64,000 nt of DNA from an uncultured Actinomycetes bacterium (GTDB taxonomy: Bacteria; Actinomycetota; UBA4738; HRBIN12), in NCBI GenBank assembly GCA_963705545.1, contig CAVPJX010000001.1, positions 1,157,246 to 1,221,245 of the forward strand. The letters are read 5' to 3'. The notes beneath the pieces were generated by a model. The model made no database searches. It was given only the letters and a program-made list of their open reading frames with translations, and was not told the DNA's origin. Each line of letters begins with the position of its first letter. Within the stretch, counting starts at the first letter, position 1. A program made the position numbers and the translations under genes. Below are positions 21,271-35,400 of the stretch, in pieces.

Positions 21271-22229
21271 CAGGCGTCACCACCCTCCGCGGGTGCCTCG
21301 GGCACCGCGGCGTCCGGCGCGGGAGCGGGTTGCGCGGCCTCGGGCGCGGGAGCGGGTTGCGCGGCCTCGGGCGCGGGAGCGGGTTGCGCGGCCTCGGGCG
21401 CGGGAGCGGGTTGCGCGGCCTCGGGCGCGGGAGCGGGTTGCGCGGCCTCGGGCGCGGGAGCGGGTTGCGCGGCCTCGGCCGTCGCCGACCTCCGTCGCGG
21501 AGGCGCCGGCTGCGCGTCGGCGCCGGCGCGACCGCCACCGCCGACCCGGGCGCGAGCCAAGGCGCGCTCGGTCTCCTGCTCGCGGTACGGGATCTCGTCG
21601 CCGTGGTAGATCCACACCTTCACGCCGATCTGTCCGAACGTCGTCTTCGCCTCTGCCGTGCCGTAGTCCACCTTCGCGCGCAGCGTGTGCAGGGGCACCC
21701 GACCCTCGCGGTACCACTCGCGGCGCGACATCTCGGTGCCACCGAGGCGTCCGGCCGCCTGGACCTTGACGCCGAGGGCACCGGCACGCATCGCGGTCTG
21801 GACCGCCCGCCGCATCGCGCGACGGAACGCCACCCGACCGACGAGCTGCTCGGCGACCCCTTGGGCGAGGAGCGCCGCATCGGTCTCCGGACGCGACTCG
21901 CTCGCTGCCTGGTTCATGTCCTCGACCTTCACGTCGACGCGCTTCTTCGTGTAGCGCTCGATGTCCTTTCGCAGGCGATCCACCTCCGCGCCCTTGCGCC
22001 CGATCACGATGCCGGGGCGTGCGGTGCGGATGAAGACCCAGATCTGATCGCCCTTGCGCTCGATGTCGATCGACGAGATGCCCGCGCGGGACAGCCGGGA
22101 TCGGATGTGTTTGCGGATCCAGACGTCCTCGTGGAGCTGGTCCGCGTAGTCCTTGCGCGCGTACCAGTTGGACTTCCAGGGGTAGATGACCCCCAGTCGG
22201 AACCCGTACGGGTTGACCTTGTGACCCAC
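21270..22229 (-). CDS. rpsC: 30S ribosomal protein S3 with repeat-containing C-terminal extension
   Basis: GTG start at 22229 ([24 protein letters not shown]...) overlapping the rplV TAG by one nucleotide. S3 core of about 220 aa, then a roughly 100-aa tail with six tandem copies of EAAQPAPAP before ...[14 protein letters not shown]. The track ORF upstream of 22229 is artefactual. Confidence 0.88.
   Translation of the reverse strand: MGHKVNPYGFRLGVIYPWKSNWYARKDYADQLHEDVWIRKHIRSRLSRAGISSIDIERKGDQIWVFIRTARPGIVIGRKGAEVDRLRKDIERYTKKRVDVKVEDMNQAASESRPETDAALLAQGVAEQLVGRVAFRRAMRRAVQTAMRAGALGVKVQAAGRLGGTEMSRREWYREGRVPLHTLRAKVDYGTAEAKTTFGQIGVKVWIYHGDEIPYREQETERALARARVGGGGRAGADAQPAPPRRRSATAEAAQPAPAPEAAQPAPAPEAAQPAPAPEAAQPAPAPEAAQPAPAPEAAQPAPAPDAAVPEAPAEGGDA
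21316..21477. repeat. perfect 27-bp tandem repeat x6 (ggcgcgggagcgggttgcgcggcctcg) inside rpsC 3' region
   Basis: Six identical head-to-tail 27-nt units counted directly in the sequence. They encode (EAAQPAPAP)x6 on the minus strand. Confidence 0.9.
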
Positions 22230-22573
22230 TAGCCCTCGTCTCCCATCGTCTTCACCACGACCGTCACGTGCGAGGTCCGCTTCCGGACCCGCGTCGCGCG
22301 TCCGTAGGCGCGAGGCCGGAAGCGTCGCAACGTCGGCCCCTCGTCCACCCACGCCCGCTCCACCAACAGGTTGTCCGCGATCACGCCCGGCTGCCGCTCG
22401 GCGTTCGCCACGGCCGAGTCGAGGAGCTTCTCGACGTCGCGCGAGGCCCCGAGGGGCGAGAAGCGGAGGATCCGGCGGGCCTCCTGCACGTGCTGCCCGC
22501 GGATCAGGTCCACGACCCGCCGCATCTTGCGCGGCGATGTCCGGACGTACTTCACGCTCGCTCGGGCCTCCAT
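22229..22573 (-). CDS. rplV: 50S ribosomal protein L22
   Basis: Starts at the ATG at 22573: [40 protein letters not shown]...KTMGDEG. The track ORF extends artefactually to 22876 over rpsS. Confidence 0.9.
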   Translation of the reverse strand: MEARASVKYVRTSPRKMRRVVDLIRGQHVQEARRILRFSPLGASRDVEKLLDSAVANAERQPGVIADNLLVERAWVDEGPTLRRFRPRAYGRATRVRKRTSHVTVVVKTMGDEG

Positions 22574-22575
22574 GT

Positions 22576-22857
22576 TCAGCGCACCCCCGTCCGACGCTCG
22601 GATCCGGCGTGCGACCGGAACGTGCGCGTCGGCGCGAACTCGCCGAGCTTGTGCCCGACCATCGACTCGGAGATGAACACCGGGACATGCTTGCGGCCGT
22701 CGTGCACGGCGATCGTGTGCCCGATCATGTCGGGCACGATCGTCGAGCGTCGTGACCAGGTCTTCACGACGCGCTTGTCGTTCTTCCTGTTCATCTCGTC
22801 GACCTTGACCATCAGATGCTCGTCGACGAACGGGCCCTTCTTCACAGACCTCGGCAT
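22576..22857 (-). CDS. rpsS: 30S ribosomal protein S19
   Basis: 93 aa from the ATG at 22857: [60 protein letters not shown].... ATGA overlap with rplB. Confidence 0.92.
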   Translation of the reverse strand: MPRSVKKGPFVDEHLMVKVDEMNRKNDKRVVKTWSRRSTIVPDMIGHTIAVHDGRKHVPVFISESMVGHKLGEFAPTRTFRSHAGSERRTGVR

Positions 22858-23687
22858 CAGCCACGACCCTTCCCACGGCGCCGGACGATGTCCTTGTTCG
22901 ACGCCTTGTTCTTCTTCCTCGTCCGACCTTCCTTCTTGCCCCAGGGCGACGTCGGGTGTCGACCGCCGGAGGACTTGCCCTCCCCGCCGCCCAACGGGTG
23001 GTCGACGGGGTTCATCGCCACGCCGCGGACCGACGGACGCCGGTTCTTCCACCGAGCTCGCCCGGCCTTGCCGAGCGAGATCAGCTCGTGCTCCGGGTTG
23101 CTCACCACGCCCACCGTCGCCTTGCACGTAGCGGGGACGAGGCGCGTCTCGCCCGAGGGGAGGCGCAGGGTCGCCTTGGCGCCCTCCTTCGCCATCAGCT
23201 GGACGCTCGTGCCCGCCGAGCGCGCCATCTTGGCGCCGGCGCCGGGCTTCAGCTCGATCGCGTGCACGACGGTCCCGACCGGGATGTTGCGCAGCGGCAG
23301 CGCGTTGCCGGGGCGGATCTCGGCATCGGGTCCCGACATCAGGCGGTCGCCGACCGAAACGCCCTGCGGCGCAAGGATGTAGCGCTTCTCGCCGTCGGCG
23401 TAATGGAGCAGCGCGATCCTCGCGCTCCGGTTCGGGTCGTACTCGATGTGCGCCACCTTGGCCGGAACGCCGTCCTTGTTCCGACGGAAGTCGATGATCC
23501 GGAACCGACGCTTGGTGCCGCCGCCCTGGTGCCGAGCGGTGATCCGGCCGTGGACGTTGCGCCCGGCCTTCTTCCGACCCTTCGCGACCAACGACTTCTC
23601 GGGCCGAGACCGCGTGATCTCGTCGAAGGAGGACACGCTGGCGCCGCGGCGTCCCGGTGTCGTCGGCTTGTACTTACGGACGGCCAT
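22857..23687 (-). CDS. rplB: 50S ribosomal protein L2
   Basis: 276 aa: [33 protein letters not shown]... Confidence 0.95.
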   Translation of the reverse strand: MAVRKYKPTTPGRRGASVSSFDEITRSRPEKSLVAKGRKKAGRNVHGRITARHQGGGTKRRFRIIDFRRNKDGVPAKVAHIEYDPNRSARIALLHYADGEKRYILAPQGVSVGDRLMSGPDAEIRPGNALPLRNIPVGTVVHAIELKPGAGAKMARSAGTSVQLMAKEGAKATLRLPSGETRLVPATCKATVGVVSNPEHELISLGKAGRARWKNRRPSVRGVAMNPVDHPLGGGEGKSSGGRHPTSPWGKKEGRTRKKNKASNKDIVRRRGKGRG

Positions 23688-23690
23688 GAC

Positions 23691-23981
23691 TCACTTCCCC
23701 AGCTCGAAGATCTCGATCGCGTCGCCCTCGGCGAGCGTCACGATCGCGCGCTTCTCGTCGGCGCGCTTGCCCTTCGTCCACCCGCGGCGCTTGACCTTCC
23801 CGCGCCGATTCAACGTGTTCACCGAGGTCACACGAACGTCCCAGATCGTCTGGACGGCCTCCTTGATCTGGGTCTTGTTCGCCCGGCGGTCGACCAGGAA
23901 CGTGTACGAGTTCAGCTCCAGCCCGGCGTAGGACTTCTCCGAGACGATCGGGCGGATGATGACGTCGCGCGGCGACTTCAT
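23691..23981 (-). CDS. rplW: 50S ribosomal protein L23
   Basis: 96 aa from the ATG at 23981: [43 protein letters not shown].... ATGA overlap with the rplD stop. The upstream track ORF is a shadow. Confidence 0.9.
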   Translation of the reverse strand: MKSPRDVIIRPIVSEKSYAGLELNSYTFLVDRRANKTQIKEAVQTIWDVRVTSVNTLNRRGKVKRRGWTKGKRADEKRAIVTLAEGDAIEIFELGK

Positions 23982-24664
23982 GCCTCGACCTCCCCGTCCT
24001 CGCCCGTGGCGTCCATCGAGGCCGCCGCACCCGCCGATGCGGCTGCCTTGCCCTCGAGGACATCGAGAGCCGCGGTCGTGAACACGACGCGGTCCGCACG
24101 CAGGACGTCGTAGGTGCTCAGGCTCGGCGCGAACGTCACCCGGACGCTCCGGAGGTTCCGGAACGACCTCTCGATCGTCTCGTCCGGCGCAGGCAGGACG
24201 ACGAGGACCTTCCCGTCGGCCTCCAATGCCCCGAGCAACGCGACGGCCTCGCGCGTCTTCGGGACATCGAAGGACGGATCCTCGACGGCCACGAGCTTGC
24301 CGCTCTGCAGCGCGTCGGTGAGCGCCGAGCGGAGCGCGCCACGCCTCATCTTCTTGTTGACCCGTAGGTCGTGCGAGCGAGGCTGAGGACCGTGGGAGAT
24401 GCCGCCGCCGACCCACTGTGGGGACCGGATCGACCCCTGCCGAGCCCGGCCGGTTCCCTTCTGACGCCACGGCTTCTTGCCGCCGCCCGCGACGTCTCCG
24501 CGGGTCTTCGTGCTGTGGGTCCCCGCGCGGAGGCTGGCGAGGCCGGCGATCACGACCTGGTGCATCAGCGGGACGTTCACCGTGGAGGCGAAGATCTCGT
24601 CCGGGAGCTCGCGGCTGCCCGCCCTCGTCCCTGCCGGATCGAAGACGTCGATCGTCGCCATCAC
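23978..24664 (-). CDS. rplD: 50S ribosomal protein L4
   Basis: 228 aa: [38 protein letters not shown]... Confidence 0.93.
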   Translation of the reverse strand: MMATIDVFDPAGTRAGSRELPDEIFASTVNVPLMHQVVIAGLASLRAGTHSTKTRGDVAGGGKKPWRQKGTGRARQGSIRSPQWVGGGISHGPQPRSHDLRVNKKMRRGALRSALTDALQSGKLVAVEDPSFDVPKTREAVALLGALEADGKVLVVLPAPDETIERSFRNLRSVRVTFAPSLSTYDVLRADRVVFTTAALDVLEGKAAASAGAAASMDATGEDGEVEA

Positions 24665-25314
24665 GCCCCCTTCCCCGCCGGGGCCTTCACGGCCGAACGC
24701 ACCATCACGAGTCCACCGTTCGGTCCAGGGACCGCGCCCTTGACCAAGAGCAGGTTCCGCTCGGCGTCGGCCTGGACGACCTCGAGGTTCAGGACGGTGA
24801 CGCGTTGGTTCCCGTGGTGGCCCGCCATCCGCATGCCTTTGAAGACGCGGGATGGCGTCGCGCAGGCGCCGATCGATCCCGGGGACCGGTGCTTGCGCTC
24901 GGTCCCGTGGCTCGCACCGAGGCCGCCGAACCCGTGGCGCTTCATGACGCCGGCGAAGCCCTTGCCCTTCGACACCCCGACCACGTCCGCCCGCTCACCG
25001 GCGGCGAACAGGTCGGCTCGGAGCTCTTGCCCGGGCGTGTAGCTGGCGGCGTCGTCGGTGCGGAGCTCGACGAGGTGGCGTCCGGGCTGACCGCCGTGCG
25101 CGTCGAAATGACCCTGCATCGGCTTCGTCAGGTCGTTGCGCCGCGGCTCGGCGAAGGCGAGCTGGACGGCGTCGTAGCCGTCGTGTTCCTTCGTCTTGAC
25201 CTGCGCGACGAAGCACGGGCCGGCCTTGATGACCGTCACCGGCACCGCGCGGGTGTCCTCGAAGATCTGGGTCATGCCCAGCTTCTCGCCCAAGATGCCC
25301 TTCACGTCACCCAT
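24661..25314 (-). CDS. rplC: 50S ribosomal protein L3
   Basis: 217 aa: [34 protein letters not shown]... Confidence 0.95.
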   Translation of the reverse strand: MGDVKGILGEKLGMTQIFEDTRAVPVTVIKAGPCFVAQVKTKEHDGYDAVQLAFAEPRRNDLTKPMQGHFDAHGGQPGRHLVELRTDDAASYTPGQELRADLFAAGERADVVGVSKGKGFAGVMKRHGFGGLGASHGTERKHRSPGSIGACATPSRVFKGMRMAGHHGNQRVTVLNLEVVQADAERNLLLVKGAVPGPNGGLVMVRSAVKAPAGKGA

Positions 25315-25316
25315 CC

Positions 25317-25625
25317 TCAGAGCTTGATCTCGATGTCCACTCCGGCCGACAGGTTCAGGCGTTGCAGCTCCTGCACCGTCTTGGAGGTGGCGTCGACGAT
25401 GTCGATCAACCGCTTGTGCGTGAGCATCTGGAAGTGCTCACGTGAGTCCTTGTACTTGTGCGGCGACCGGATGACCGTGTAGATACGGCGCTCGGTCGGC
25501 AGCGGCACCGGTCCGACGACCTTCGCGCCGGTGCGTGTCACGTGCTCGACGATGTCGCGCGCCGCCACGTCCAGCATCCGGTGGTCGTACGCCCGGAGCT
25601 TGATGCGGATCTTCGGTCCTGCCAC
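25317..25625 (-). CDS. rpsJ: 30S ribosomal protein S10
   Basis: 102 aa: [51 protein letters not shown]... Confidence 0.95.
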   Translation of the reverse strand: MAGPKIRIKLRAYDHRMLDVAARDIVEHVTRTGAKVVGPVPLPTERRIYTVIRSPHKYKDSREHFQMLTHKRLIDIVDATSKTVQELQRLNLSAGVDIEIKL

Positions 25626-25656
25626 TCGCGCCTTCTCTCTCGTCCGCTCCGTCGCC

Positions 25657-26841
25657 CTACTTCAGGATCTTCGTCACGCGGCCGGCACCCACGGTGCGGC
25701 CACCCTCGCGGATCGCGAACCGCAGGCCCTCTTCCATGGCGATCGGGGCGATCATCTCGACCGTCATCTCGACGTTGTCGCCCGGCATCACCATCTCGAC
25801 GCCCTCGGGCAGGTTCGCCGTGCCGGTGACGTCGGTCGTGCGGAAGTAGAACTGCGGGCGGTAGCCGTTGAAGAACGGCGTGTGCCGGCCGCCCTCGTCC
25901 TTGGACAGGATGTAGACCTGGGCCGTGAAGTTCGTGTGCGGGGTGATCGAGCCCGGGGTCGCGAGCACCTGGCCGCGCTCGACCTCGTCCTTGTCGATCC
26001 CGCGCAGCAAGATCCCGACGTTGTCGCCGGCCTGGACCTCATCGAGCAGCTTGCGGAACATCTCGAGGTCGGTGGCGGTCGTCTTGCGGGTGTCGCGGAT
26101 CCCGACGATCTCGACCTCGGACATCTTGGCGAGCTTGCCCTGCTCCACGCGGCCGGTCACGACCGTGCCGCGCCCGGTGATCGAGAACACGTCCTCGATC
26201 GGCATCAGGAACGGCTTGTCGGTCTCGCGCACCGGCTCGGCGATGTAGGTGTCGCAGGCCTGCATCAGCTCGTCGATCTTGCCGACCCACGCCTCGTCGC
26301 CCTCCAGCGCCTTCAGCGCCGAGACCTGGATCACGGGGGTGTCGTCGCCGGGGAACTCGTAGGAGGTGAGCAGCTCACGGACCTCGAGCTCGACGAGCTC
26401 GAGCAGCTCGGGGTCGTCGACCATGTCGCACTTGTTGAGCGCGACCACGATGTAGGGGACGCCGACCTGGCGGGCGAGCAGCACGTGCTCGCGGGTCTGG
26501 GGCATCGGGCCGTCGGCCGCGGAGACCACCAGGATCGCGCCGTCGATCTGGGCGGCTCCGGTGATCATGTTCTTGATGTAGTCGGCGTGGCCCGGCATGT
26601 CGACGTGGGCGTAGTGACGGTTCTCGGTCTCGTACTCCACGTGGGCGATCGCGATCGTGATGCCGCGCTCGCGCTCCTCCGGCGCCTTGTCGATCTCATC
26701 GAACGGCGTGAACTGCGCGAGGCCCTTGTCGGCCTGGCGCTTGGTGATCGCCGCCGTGAGCGTCGTCTTGCCGTGGTCGATGTGACCCATCGTGCCGATG
26801 TTGACGTGCGGCTTCGTCCGCTCGAACTTCTGCTTGCCCAT
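25657..26841 (-). CDS. tuf: elongation factor Tu (copy 1, str-operon position)
   Basis: 394 aa: [32 protein letters not shown].... Lies between fusA and rpsJ and ends in TAG. Confidence 0.97.
   Translation of the reverse strand: MGKQKFERTKPHVNIGTMGHIDHGKTTLTAAITKRQADKGLAQFTPFDEIDKAPEERERGITIAIAHVEYETENRHYAHVDMPGHADYIKNMITGAAQIDGAILVVSAADGPMPQTREHVLLARQVGVPYIVVALNKCDMVDDPELLELVELEVRELLTSYEFPGDDTPVIQVSALKALEGDEAWVGKIDELMQACDTYIAEPVRETDKPFLMPIEDVFSITGRGTVVTGRVEQGKLAKMSEVEIVGIRDTRKTTATDLEMFRKLLDEVQAGDNVGILLRGIDKDEVERGQVLATPGSITPHTNFTAQVYILSKDEGGRHTPFFNGYRPQFYFRTTDVTGTANLPEGVEMVMPGDNVEMTVEMIAPIAMEEGLRFAIREGGRTVGAGRVTKILK
25657..26841. repeat. ~1.18-kb exact duplicate (tuf CDS), partner at 49892..51076
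   Basis: Direct comparison of the two regions, and identical embedded ORF-track translations (25788..26042 = 50023..50277; 26039..26290 = 50274..50525; 25925..26248 = 50160..50483). Confidence 0.9.
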
Positions 26842-26870
26842 GTCGTTCCCTCCCCTCGCCCGGCTCCGGG

Positions 26871-29027
26871 CTACTCCCCGGTCACCCGGGCGACGATCTC
26901 TTTCGCGATCTGCGCTGGCACCTCGTGGTAGGCGTGCAGCTGCATCGGGCTGTGCGCGGCGCGACCCTGCGTCCGTGAACGGAGCTCGGTCGCGTAGCCG
27001 AAGAGCTCTGCCAGCGGCACGAGCACGAGGATCGACTTCTGGCCGCCGCGGTCGTCGATGCGCTCGATCCGCCCTCGGCGCGCGGTGACGTCGCCCATCA
27101 CGTCACCCATGAACTCCTCCGGCGTGGTCACCTCGAACTCCATGACCGGTTCGAGCAGCACGGGGTCGGCCCGGCGGGCCGCCTCCTTGACAGCCATCGA
27201 GCCCGCGATCTTGAACGCCATCTCAGACGAGTCGACCTCGTGGTACGACCCGTCGGTCAGCGTGGCGCGGACGTCGACCATCGGATACCCGGCCAGGATC
27301 CCGTTGTCGAGCGCCTCCTGGATCCCCTGGTCGACCGCCGGGATGTACTCGCGCGGGATCTTGCCGCCGACGATCTTGTTGATGAACTCGTAGCCACCGC
27401 CGGGGCCGGTCGGCTCCAGGTCGATCACGACGTGCCCGAACTGACCGCGACCACCCGTCTGCCGGACGAACCGCGCCTCGACCTTGTGGGCCTCGCGACG
27501 GATCGTCTCGCGGTAGGCCACCTGCGGCTTGCCGACGTTCGCATCGACGCTGAACTCGCGCTTCAGACGGTCGACCAGGATGTCGAGGTGGAGCTCGCCC
27601 ATCCCCGAGATGACGGTCTGCCCGGTCTCGTCGTCGTACTTCACGACGAACGTCGGGTCCTCGTCGGCGAGCTTCGCGAGTCCGTTGCCGAGCTTGTCTT
27701 GATCGGCCTTCGTCTTCGGCTCGACCGCGACCGAGATCACCGGCGTCGGGAACGTGATCGTCTCCAGGATCACCGGCTGGTCGGGATCGCAGATCGTGTC
27801 GCCGGTGGTGGCGTGCTTCAGCCCGACGACCGCGACGATATCGCCGGTATAGGCGGCGTCCTTGTCCTCGCGATGGTTCGCGTGCATCTGGAGGATGCGC
27901 CCGATGCGCTCCTTCCGGTCCTTCGTGGAGTCCACGACGTGCGACCCCGCCTTCAGGACCCCCGAGTACACCCGGAGGTACGTGAGGCGGCCGACGTAGG
28001 GGTCGGACATGATCTTGAACGCGAGCGCCGAGAACGGCTCATCGTCGCTGGCGTGCCGGACCACCTGATCGCCCGCCGTGGTCGTCCCCTCCACCGGAGG
28101 AACGTCGAGCGGGGAGGGCAGGTAGTGGACGATCGCATCCAGCAGCGGCTGGACCCCCTTGTTCTTGAACGCGGAACCGACGAGGACCGGGACCCCCTCG
28201 CCCGCGAGGGTCGCGCGACGGATCGCGCGCCGCAGCTCGTCGACGGTGGGCTCCTCCTCATGCACGAACTTCTCCATCAGGGACTCGTCGTGATCGGCGA
28301 GCTTCTCGAAGAGGTCGTGTCGGCCGGCGCGGGCGGCGTCGAGGTAGTCATCGGGGATGTCGGTGTCCTTCCACTCCTCGCCCATCTCGCCTTCCCAGTA
28401 GTGGCCCTTCATCTCGATGAGATCGATCACGCCGTGGAATTCGGCCTCGGCACCCCAAGGCAGTTGGAGCACGAGGGGGTTCGCGCTCAGGCGGTCGACG
28501 ATCATCTCGACCGTTCGGCCGAAGTCCGCCCCGGTGCGGTCCATCTTGTTGATGAAGCACATCCGAGGGACCCGGTAGCGATCGGCCTGGCGCCACACCG
28601 TCTCGGTCTGGGGCTCGACGCCCGCGACCGAGTCGAAGACCGCGACGGCACCGTCGAGGACGCGGAGGCTGCGCTCGACCTCCACGGTGAAGTCGACGTG
28701 GCCCGGGGTGTCGATGATGTTGATCCAGTGGCCCTTCCACTGGCAGGTGGTGGCGGCGGACGTGATCGTGATGCCGCGCTCCCGTTCCTGAACCATCCAG
28801 TCCATCTGCGCGGTGCCCTCGTGGACCTCGCCGATCTTGTACGCCTTGCCGGTGTAGTACAGGATCCGTTCGGTCGTCGTGGTCTTGCCCGCGTCGATGT
28901 GGGCCATGATCCCGATGTTGCGCGTGCGCGCCAGCGGGTACTCACGGATATCCAGGCCCTTGCCGGGCCTGCCCTTGACGTCCTGGTCGGTCTGTGCCAC
29001 CTGCATCTTCTCCGCGGGGACCGCCAT
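26871..29027 (-). CDS. fusA: elongation factor G
   Basis: 718 aa: ...[44 protein letters not shown].... Has about 20 extra N-terminal residues ([33 protein letters not shown]). The ATG at 29027 is preceded by GAGGGGGA at good spacing; an ATG at 29006 is an alternative. Confidence 0.9.
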   Translation of the reverse strand: MAVPAEKMQVAQTDQDVKGRPGKGLDIREYPLARTRNIGIMAHIDAGKTTTTERILYYTGKAYKIGEVHEGTAQMDWMVQERERGITITSAATTCQWKGHWINIIDTPGHVDFTVEVERSLRVLDGAVAVFDSVAGVEPQTETVWRQADRYRVPRMCFINKMDRTGADFGRTVEMIVDRLSANPLVLQLPWGAEAEFHGVIDLIEMKGHYWEGEMGEEWKDTDIPDDYLDAARAGRHDLFEKLADHDESLMEKFVHEEEPTVDELRRAIRRATLAGEGVPVLVGSAFKNKGVQPLLDAIVHYLPSPLDVPPVEGTTTAGDQVVRHASDDEPFSALAFKIMSDPYVGRLTYLRVYSGVLKAGSHVVDSTKDRKERIGRILQMHANHREDKDAAYTGDIVAVVGLKHATTGDTICDPDQPVILETITFPTPVISVAVEPKTKADQDKLGNGLAKLADEDPTFVVKYDDETGQTVISGMGELHLDILVDRLKREFSVDANVGKPQVAYRETIRREAHKVEARFVRQTGGRGQFGHVVIDLEPTGPGGGYEFINKIVGGKIPREYIPAVDQGIQEALDNGILAGYPMVDVRATLTDGSYHEVDSSEMAFKIAGSMAVKEAARRADPVLLEPVMEFEVTTPEEFMGDVMGDVTARRGRIERIDDRGGQKSILVLVPLAELFGYATELRSRTQGRAAHSPMQLHAYHEVPAQIAKEIVARVTGE

Positions 29028-29088
29028 CAGCCGGTCCCCCTCTCACCAGAAACCGGCCCCGAGAGGCCGGCTCGACGTTTCCCTTCGA

Positions 29089-29559
29089 TCACCATCGGTA
29101 GTGCGCGAACGCCCGGTTCGCCTCGGCCATCTTGTGCATGTCCTCGCGCCGCTTGACCGAGGTCCCCGTCCCGTTCGCCGCGTCCATGATCTCGGCGACG
29201 AGACGCTCCGCCATCGAGGGCTCACGACGCTGGCGGCTGTAGTTAACGAGCCACCGGAGGGCGAGGGTGGTGCCGCGCTGCGGCTTCACCTCGATCGGTA
29301 CCTGGTAGGAGGCGCCTCCGACCCGGCGGGATTTCACCTCGAGCATCGGGCGTACGTTCTCGACGGCCTTCTTGAGCGTGATCACCGGATCGTTCGCGGT
29401 CCGCTCGGAGATGACCTCGAGCGCCTTGTAGACCGTGCGCTCGGCGACCGTCTTCTTCCCGTGGAGCAGCACCTTGTTCACCAACTGGGTGACCAGCGGG
29501 TTCTGGTACACGGGGTCCGGCAGGACCTCGCGGCGAGCGGCGGCGCCCTTGCGTGGCAT
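29089..29559 (-). CDS. rpsG: 30S ribosomal protein S7
   Basis: 156 aa from the ATG at 29559: [44 protein letters not shown].... The track ORF extends artefactually upstream over rpsL. Confidence 0.92.
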   Translation of the reverse strand: MPRKGAAARREVLPDPVYQNPLVTQLVNKVLLHGKKTVAERTVYKALEVISERTANDPVITLKKAVENVRPMLEVKSRRVGGASYQVPIEVKPQRGTTLALRWLVNYSRQRREPSMAERLVAEIMDAANGTGTSVKRREDMHKMAEANRAFAHYRW

Positions 29560-29561
29560 CG

Positions 29562-29936
29562 CTACTCGGCACCCTTCTTCGCGCCGTAGCGCGAGCGCGC
29601 CTGCTTGCGGTCCTTCACGCCGGCGGTATCGAGGGTGCCGCGGACGATCTTGTATCGAACACCCGGCATGTCCTTCACCCGTCCACCGCGCACGAGCACG
29701 ATGGAGTGCTCCTGGAGGTTGTGACCCACACCAGGGATGTACGCGGTCACCTCGATCTGCGACGTGAGCCGGACACGAGCGACCTTCCGCAGGGCGGAGT
29801 TCGGCTTCTTCGGGGTGGCGGTGTAGACGCGCGTGCAGACGCCCCGCCGCTGAGGGGATCCCTTCAGCGCCGGGCTCTTGGTCTTCGTCTTGGGCTGCTT
29901 GCGGCCCTTCCGAACGAGTTGTTGGATCGTGGGCAT
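29562..29936 (-). CDS. rpsL: 30S ribosomal protein S12
   Basis: 124 aa: [58 protein letters not shown]... Confidence 0.95.
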   Translation of the reverse strand: MPTIQQLVRKGRKQPKTKTKSPALKGSPQRRGVCTRVYTATPKKPNSALRKVARVRLTSQIEVTAYIPGVGHNLQEHSIVLVRGGRVKDMPGVRYKIVRGTLDTAGVKDRKQARSRYGAKKGAE

Positions 29937-30127
29937 GGCTGCCTCGTCTGCACTCTGTCGTTGTCAAACACCGGAGCCGGGGTACCACACCCAGACCCGC
30001 GGACCGAGTTCCCGGTGCGCAGCGCACGCGCGACGTACCGGGGTCCTCCTCCGGATGGAGATGAGGCGCGCCTGCTGGCCCGCCGAGCCGGGGCGCGACC
30101 GCCAAAACTACAGGTCACACGCACGGA

Positions 30128-30964
30128 GTGTCAACCTGGGACGGTAGGTACCGTCCGACCGTGTCGGCCCCACGCCCGAACCTACCGGATCTCGCGAGGA
30201 TCGCGGAGCGCGCCGCCCGCGCGGGCGGGGAGATCATCCTCGCGGCCGAGCCCGGCGCCGGTGGCGCCCCCGAGCTCAAGGGCTCCGGTGACTACGTCAC
30301 CGCGGTCGACCGCGCGAGCGAAGCGGCGATCGTCCGGCTCCTCGCCGAGGCCACGCCCGGCATCCCGGTGGTGGGCGAGGAAGGCGGGGGCCGGTCCGGC
30401 GACGAATACTGGCTCGTGGACCCGCTGGACGGCACCGCCAACTTCCTGCACGGGTTCCCCGTCGTTGCCGTCTCGGTGGCGCTGATCCGCGAGACCGTGC
30501 CGGTCGCCGGCAGCGTCCACGCCCCCTTCCTCGACCAGACGTACCGGGCCGCCCAGGGCTTCGGGGCCTGGGACGTGCGCGCCGACGGCGGCGAGCTAGT
30601 CATCCGGGTCTCGGAGCGCCCGGTGGAGCGGGCGATCGTCGGCACGGGCTTCCCGTTCCGCCGCAAGGCGGACCTCTCCCGGCGCTACCTCGCGACGATG
30701 GCTGCCGCACTGGGGCGGTTCGAGGACCTGCGCCGGCCCGGCGCGGCGGCGCTCGACCTCGCTTGGGTCGCGGCCGGGGTGTTCGAGGGATTCTTCGAGC
30801 TCGCCCTGGGGCCCTGGGACGTCGCCGCGGGGACGATCCTGGTCCGCGAGGCGGGCGGCGTCGTCTCGGACTGGGGCGGCGGACCTGACGTCCTCGCGGG
30901 GAGCATCCTCGCGGGGTCCGAACCGATCCACGCGGCGCTTCTCGAGCTCGCGGCCAGGGCCTGA
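30128..30964 (+). CDS. inositol monophosphatase / FBPase family protein (SuhB-like)
   Basis: 278 aa with the IMPase metal-binding motif ...WLVDPLDGTANFLHGFP.... Divergent from rpsL. The exact start is uncertain; it may be internal to the track ORF. Confidence 0.75.
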   Translation: MSTWDGRYRPTVSAPRPNLPDLARIAERAARAGGEIILAAEPGAGGAPELKGSGDYVTAVDRASEAAIVRLLAEATPGIPVVGEEGGGRSGDEYWLVDPLDGTANFLHGFPVVAVSVALIRETVPVAGSVHAPFLDQTYRAAQGFGAWDVRADGGELVIRVSERPVERAIVGTGFPFRRKADLSRRYLATMAAALGRFEDLRRPGAAALDLAWVAAGVFEGFFELALGPWDVAAGTILVREAGGVVSDWGGGPDVLAGSILAGSEPIHAALLELAARA

Positions 30965-31028
30965 GGTCACAGGCGCGAGCTCGAGGAGCGCCGGGCGGGG
31001 GCCGGATCGACCCCCATCCGAGCGTGCC

Positions 31029-31331
31029 TTACGTCTCGACCTGCCGGACGCGGGTCGTGTGGTTCGTCAGGAGCGGCCGCGTCTCACCGCAGTTCGCGTC
31101 GGCGAGCCATCCATCCAGGCCGCACGTCGACGAGACGTACTCGGCGGTCATCCAGATCGAGTTGTCGATGCCGGGCACCGCGTAACCGTAGTCACCCACC
31201 GGGGACGGAACTCTCCGATCGCCGTGCCGCTGAGGCCATCGAGGGTGAGCCACCCACGGCCACGACGTGCACGGCATCGGAGGCGACCCCGAACCCGACC
31301 GGGATGAACACGGGGCTCGGACAATGGTCAC
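31029..31331 (-). other. possible small ORF / gene remnant downstream of rpoC
   Basis: The C-terminal half (…VGDYGYAVPGIDNSIWMTAEYVSSTCGLDGWLADANCGETRPLLTNHTTRVRQVET*, TAA stop) has strong third-position GC bias and a protein-like composition. The N-terminal half is junk-like, and another frame reads ...GWLTLDGLSGTAIGEFRP.... Probably a frameshifted remnant or a short gene using an internal GTG. Confidence 0.25.
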
Positions 31332-31360
31332 GCTAGGCCTGGTCGCCCGAAGCGGTCAAG

Positions 31361-31406
31361 ACGACGAACGGCGAGGACCCGTCACCGGATCCCCGCCGTT
31401 CGCCGT
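31361..31406 (-). terminator. imperfect long hairpin 8 nt downstream of rpoC stop (putative terminator)
   Basis: Minus strand: ACGGCGAACGGCGGGGA-tccggtgacggg-TCCTCGCCGTTCGTCGT, about 15 of 17 stem positions paired. No U-tract, which is common in high-GC genomes. Confidence 0.35.
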
Positions 31407-31414
31407 AGGAAGGG

Positions 31415-35323
<3,909 letters not shown>

Positions 35324-35400
35324 TTAGCAGCTCGCCTCCCTTGCGCCTCTTGGGCGTGGCTCGCTCTCCATCCGGTTCAACGCTCGCGTGTTCCCGAGGC

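Noticed and set aside
21330-22232. Plus-strand ORF encoding (RGLGRGSGL)n repeats; considered as possible CRISPR-like or repeat protein
   Set aside because: It is the antisense reading of the rpsC 27-bp tandem repeat. There are no spacers, so it is not a CRISPR array, and the repeats lie within the S3 coding frame.
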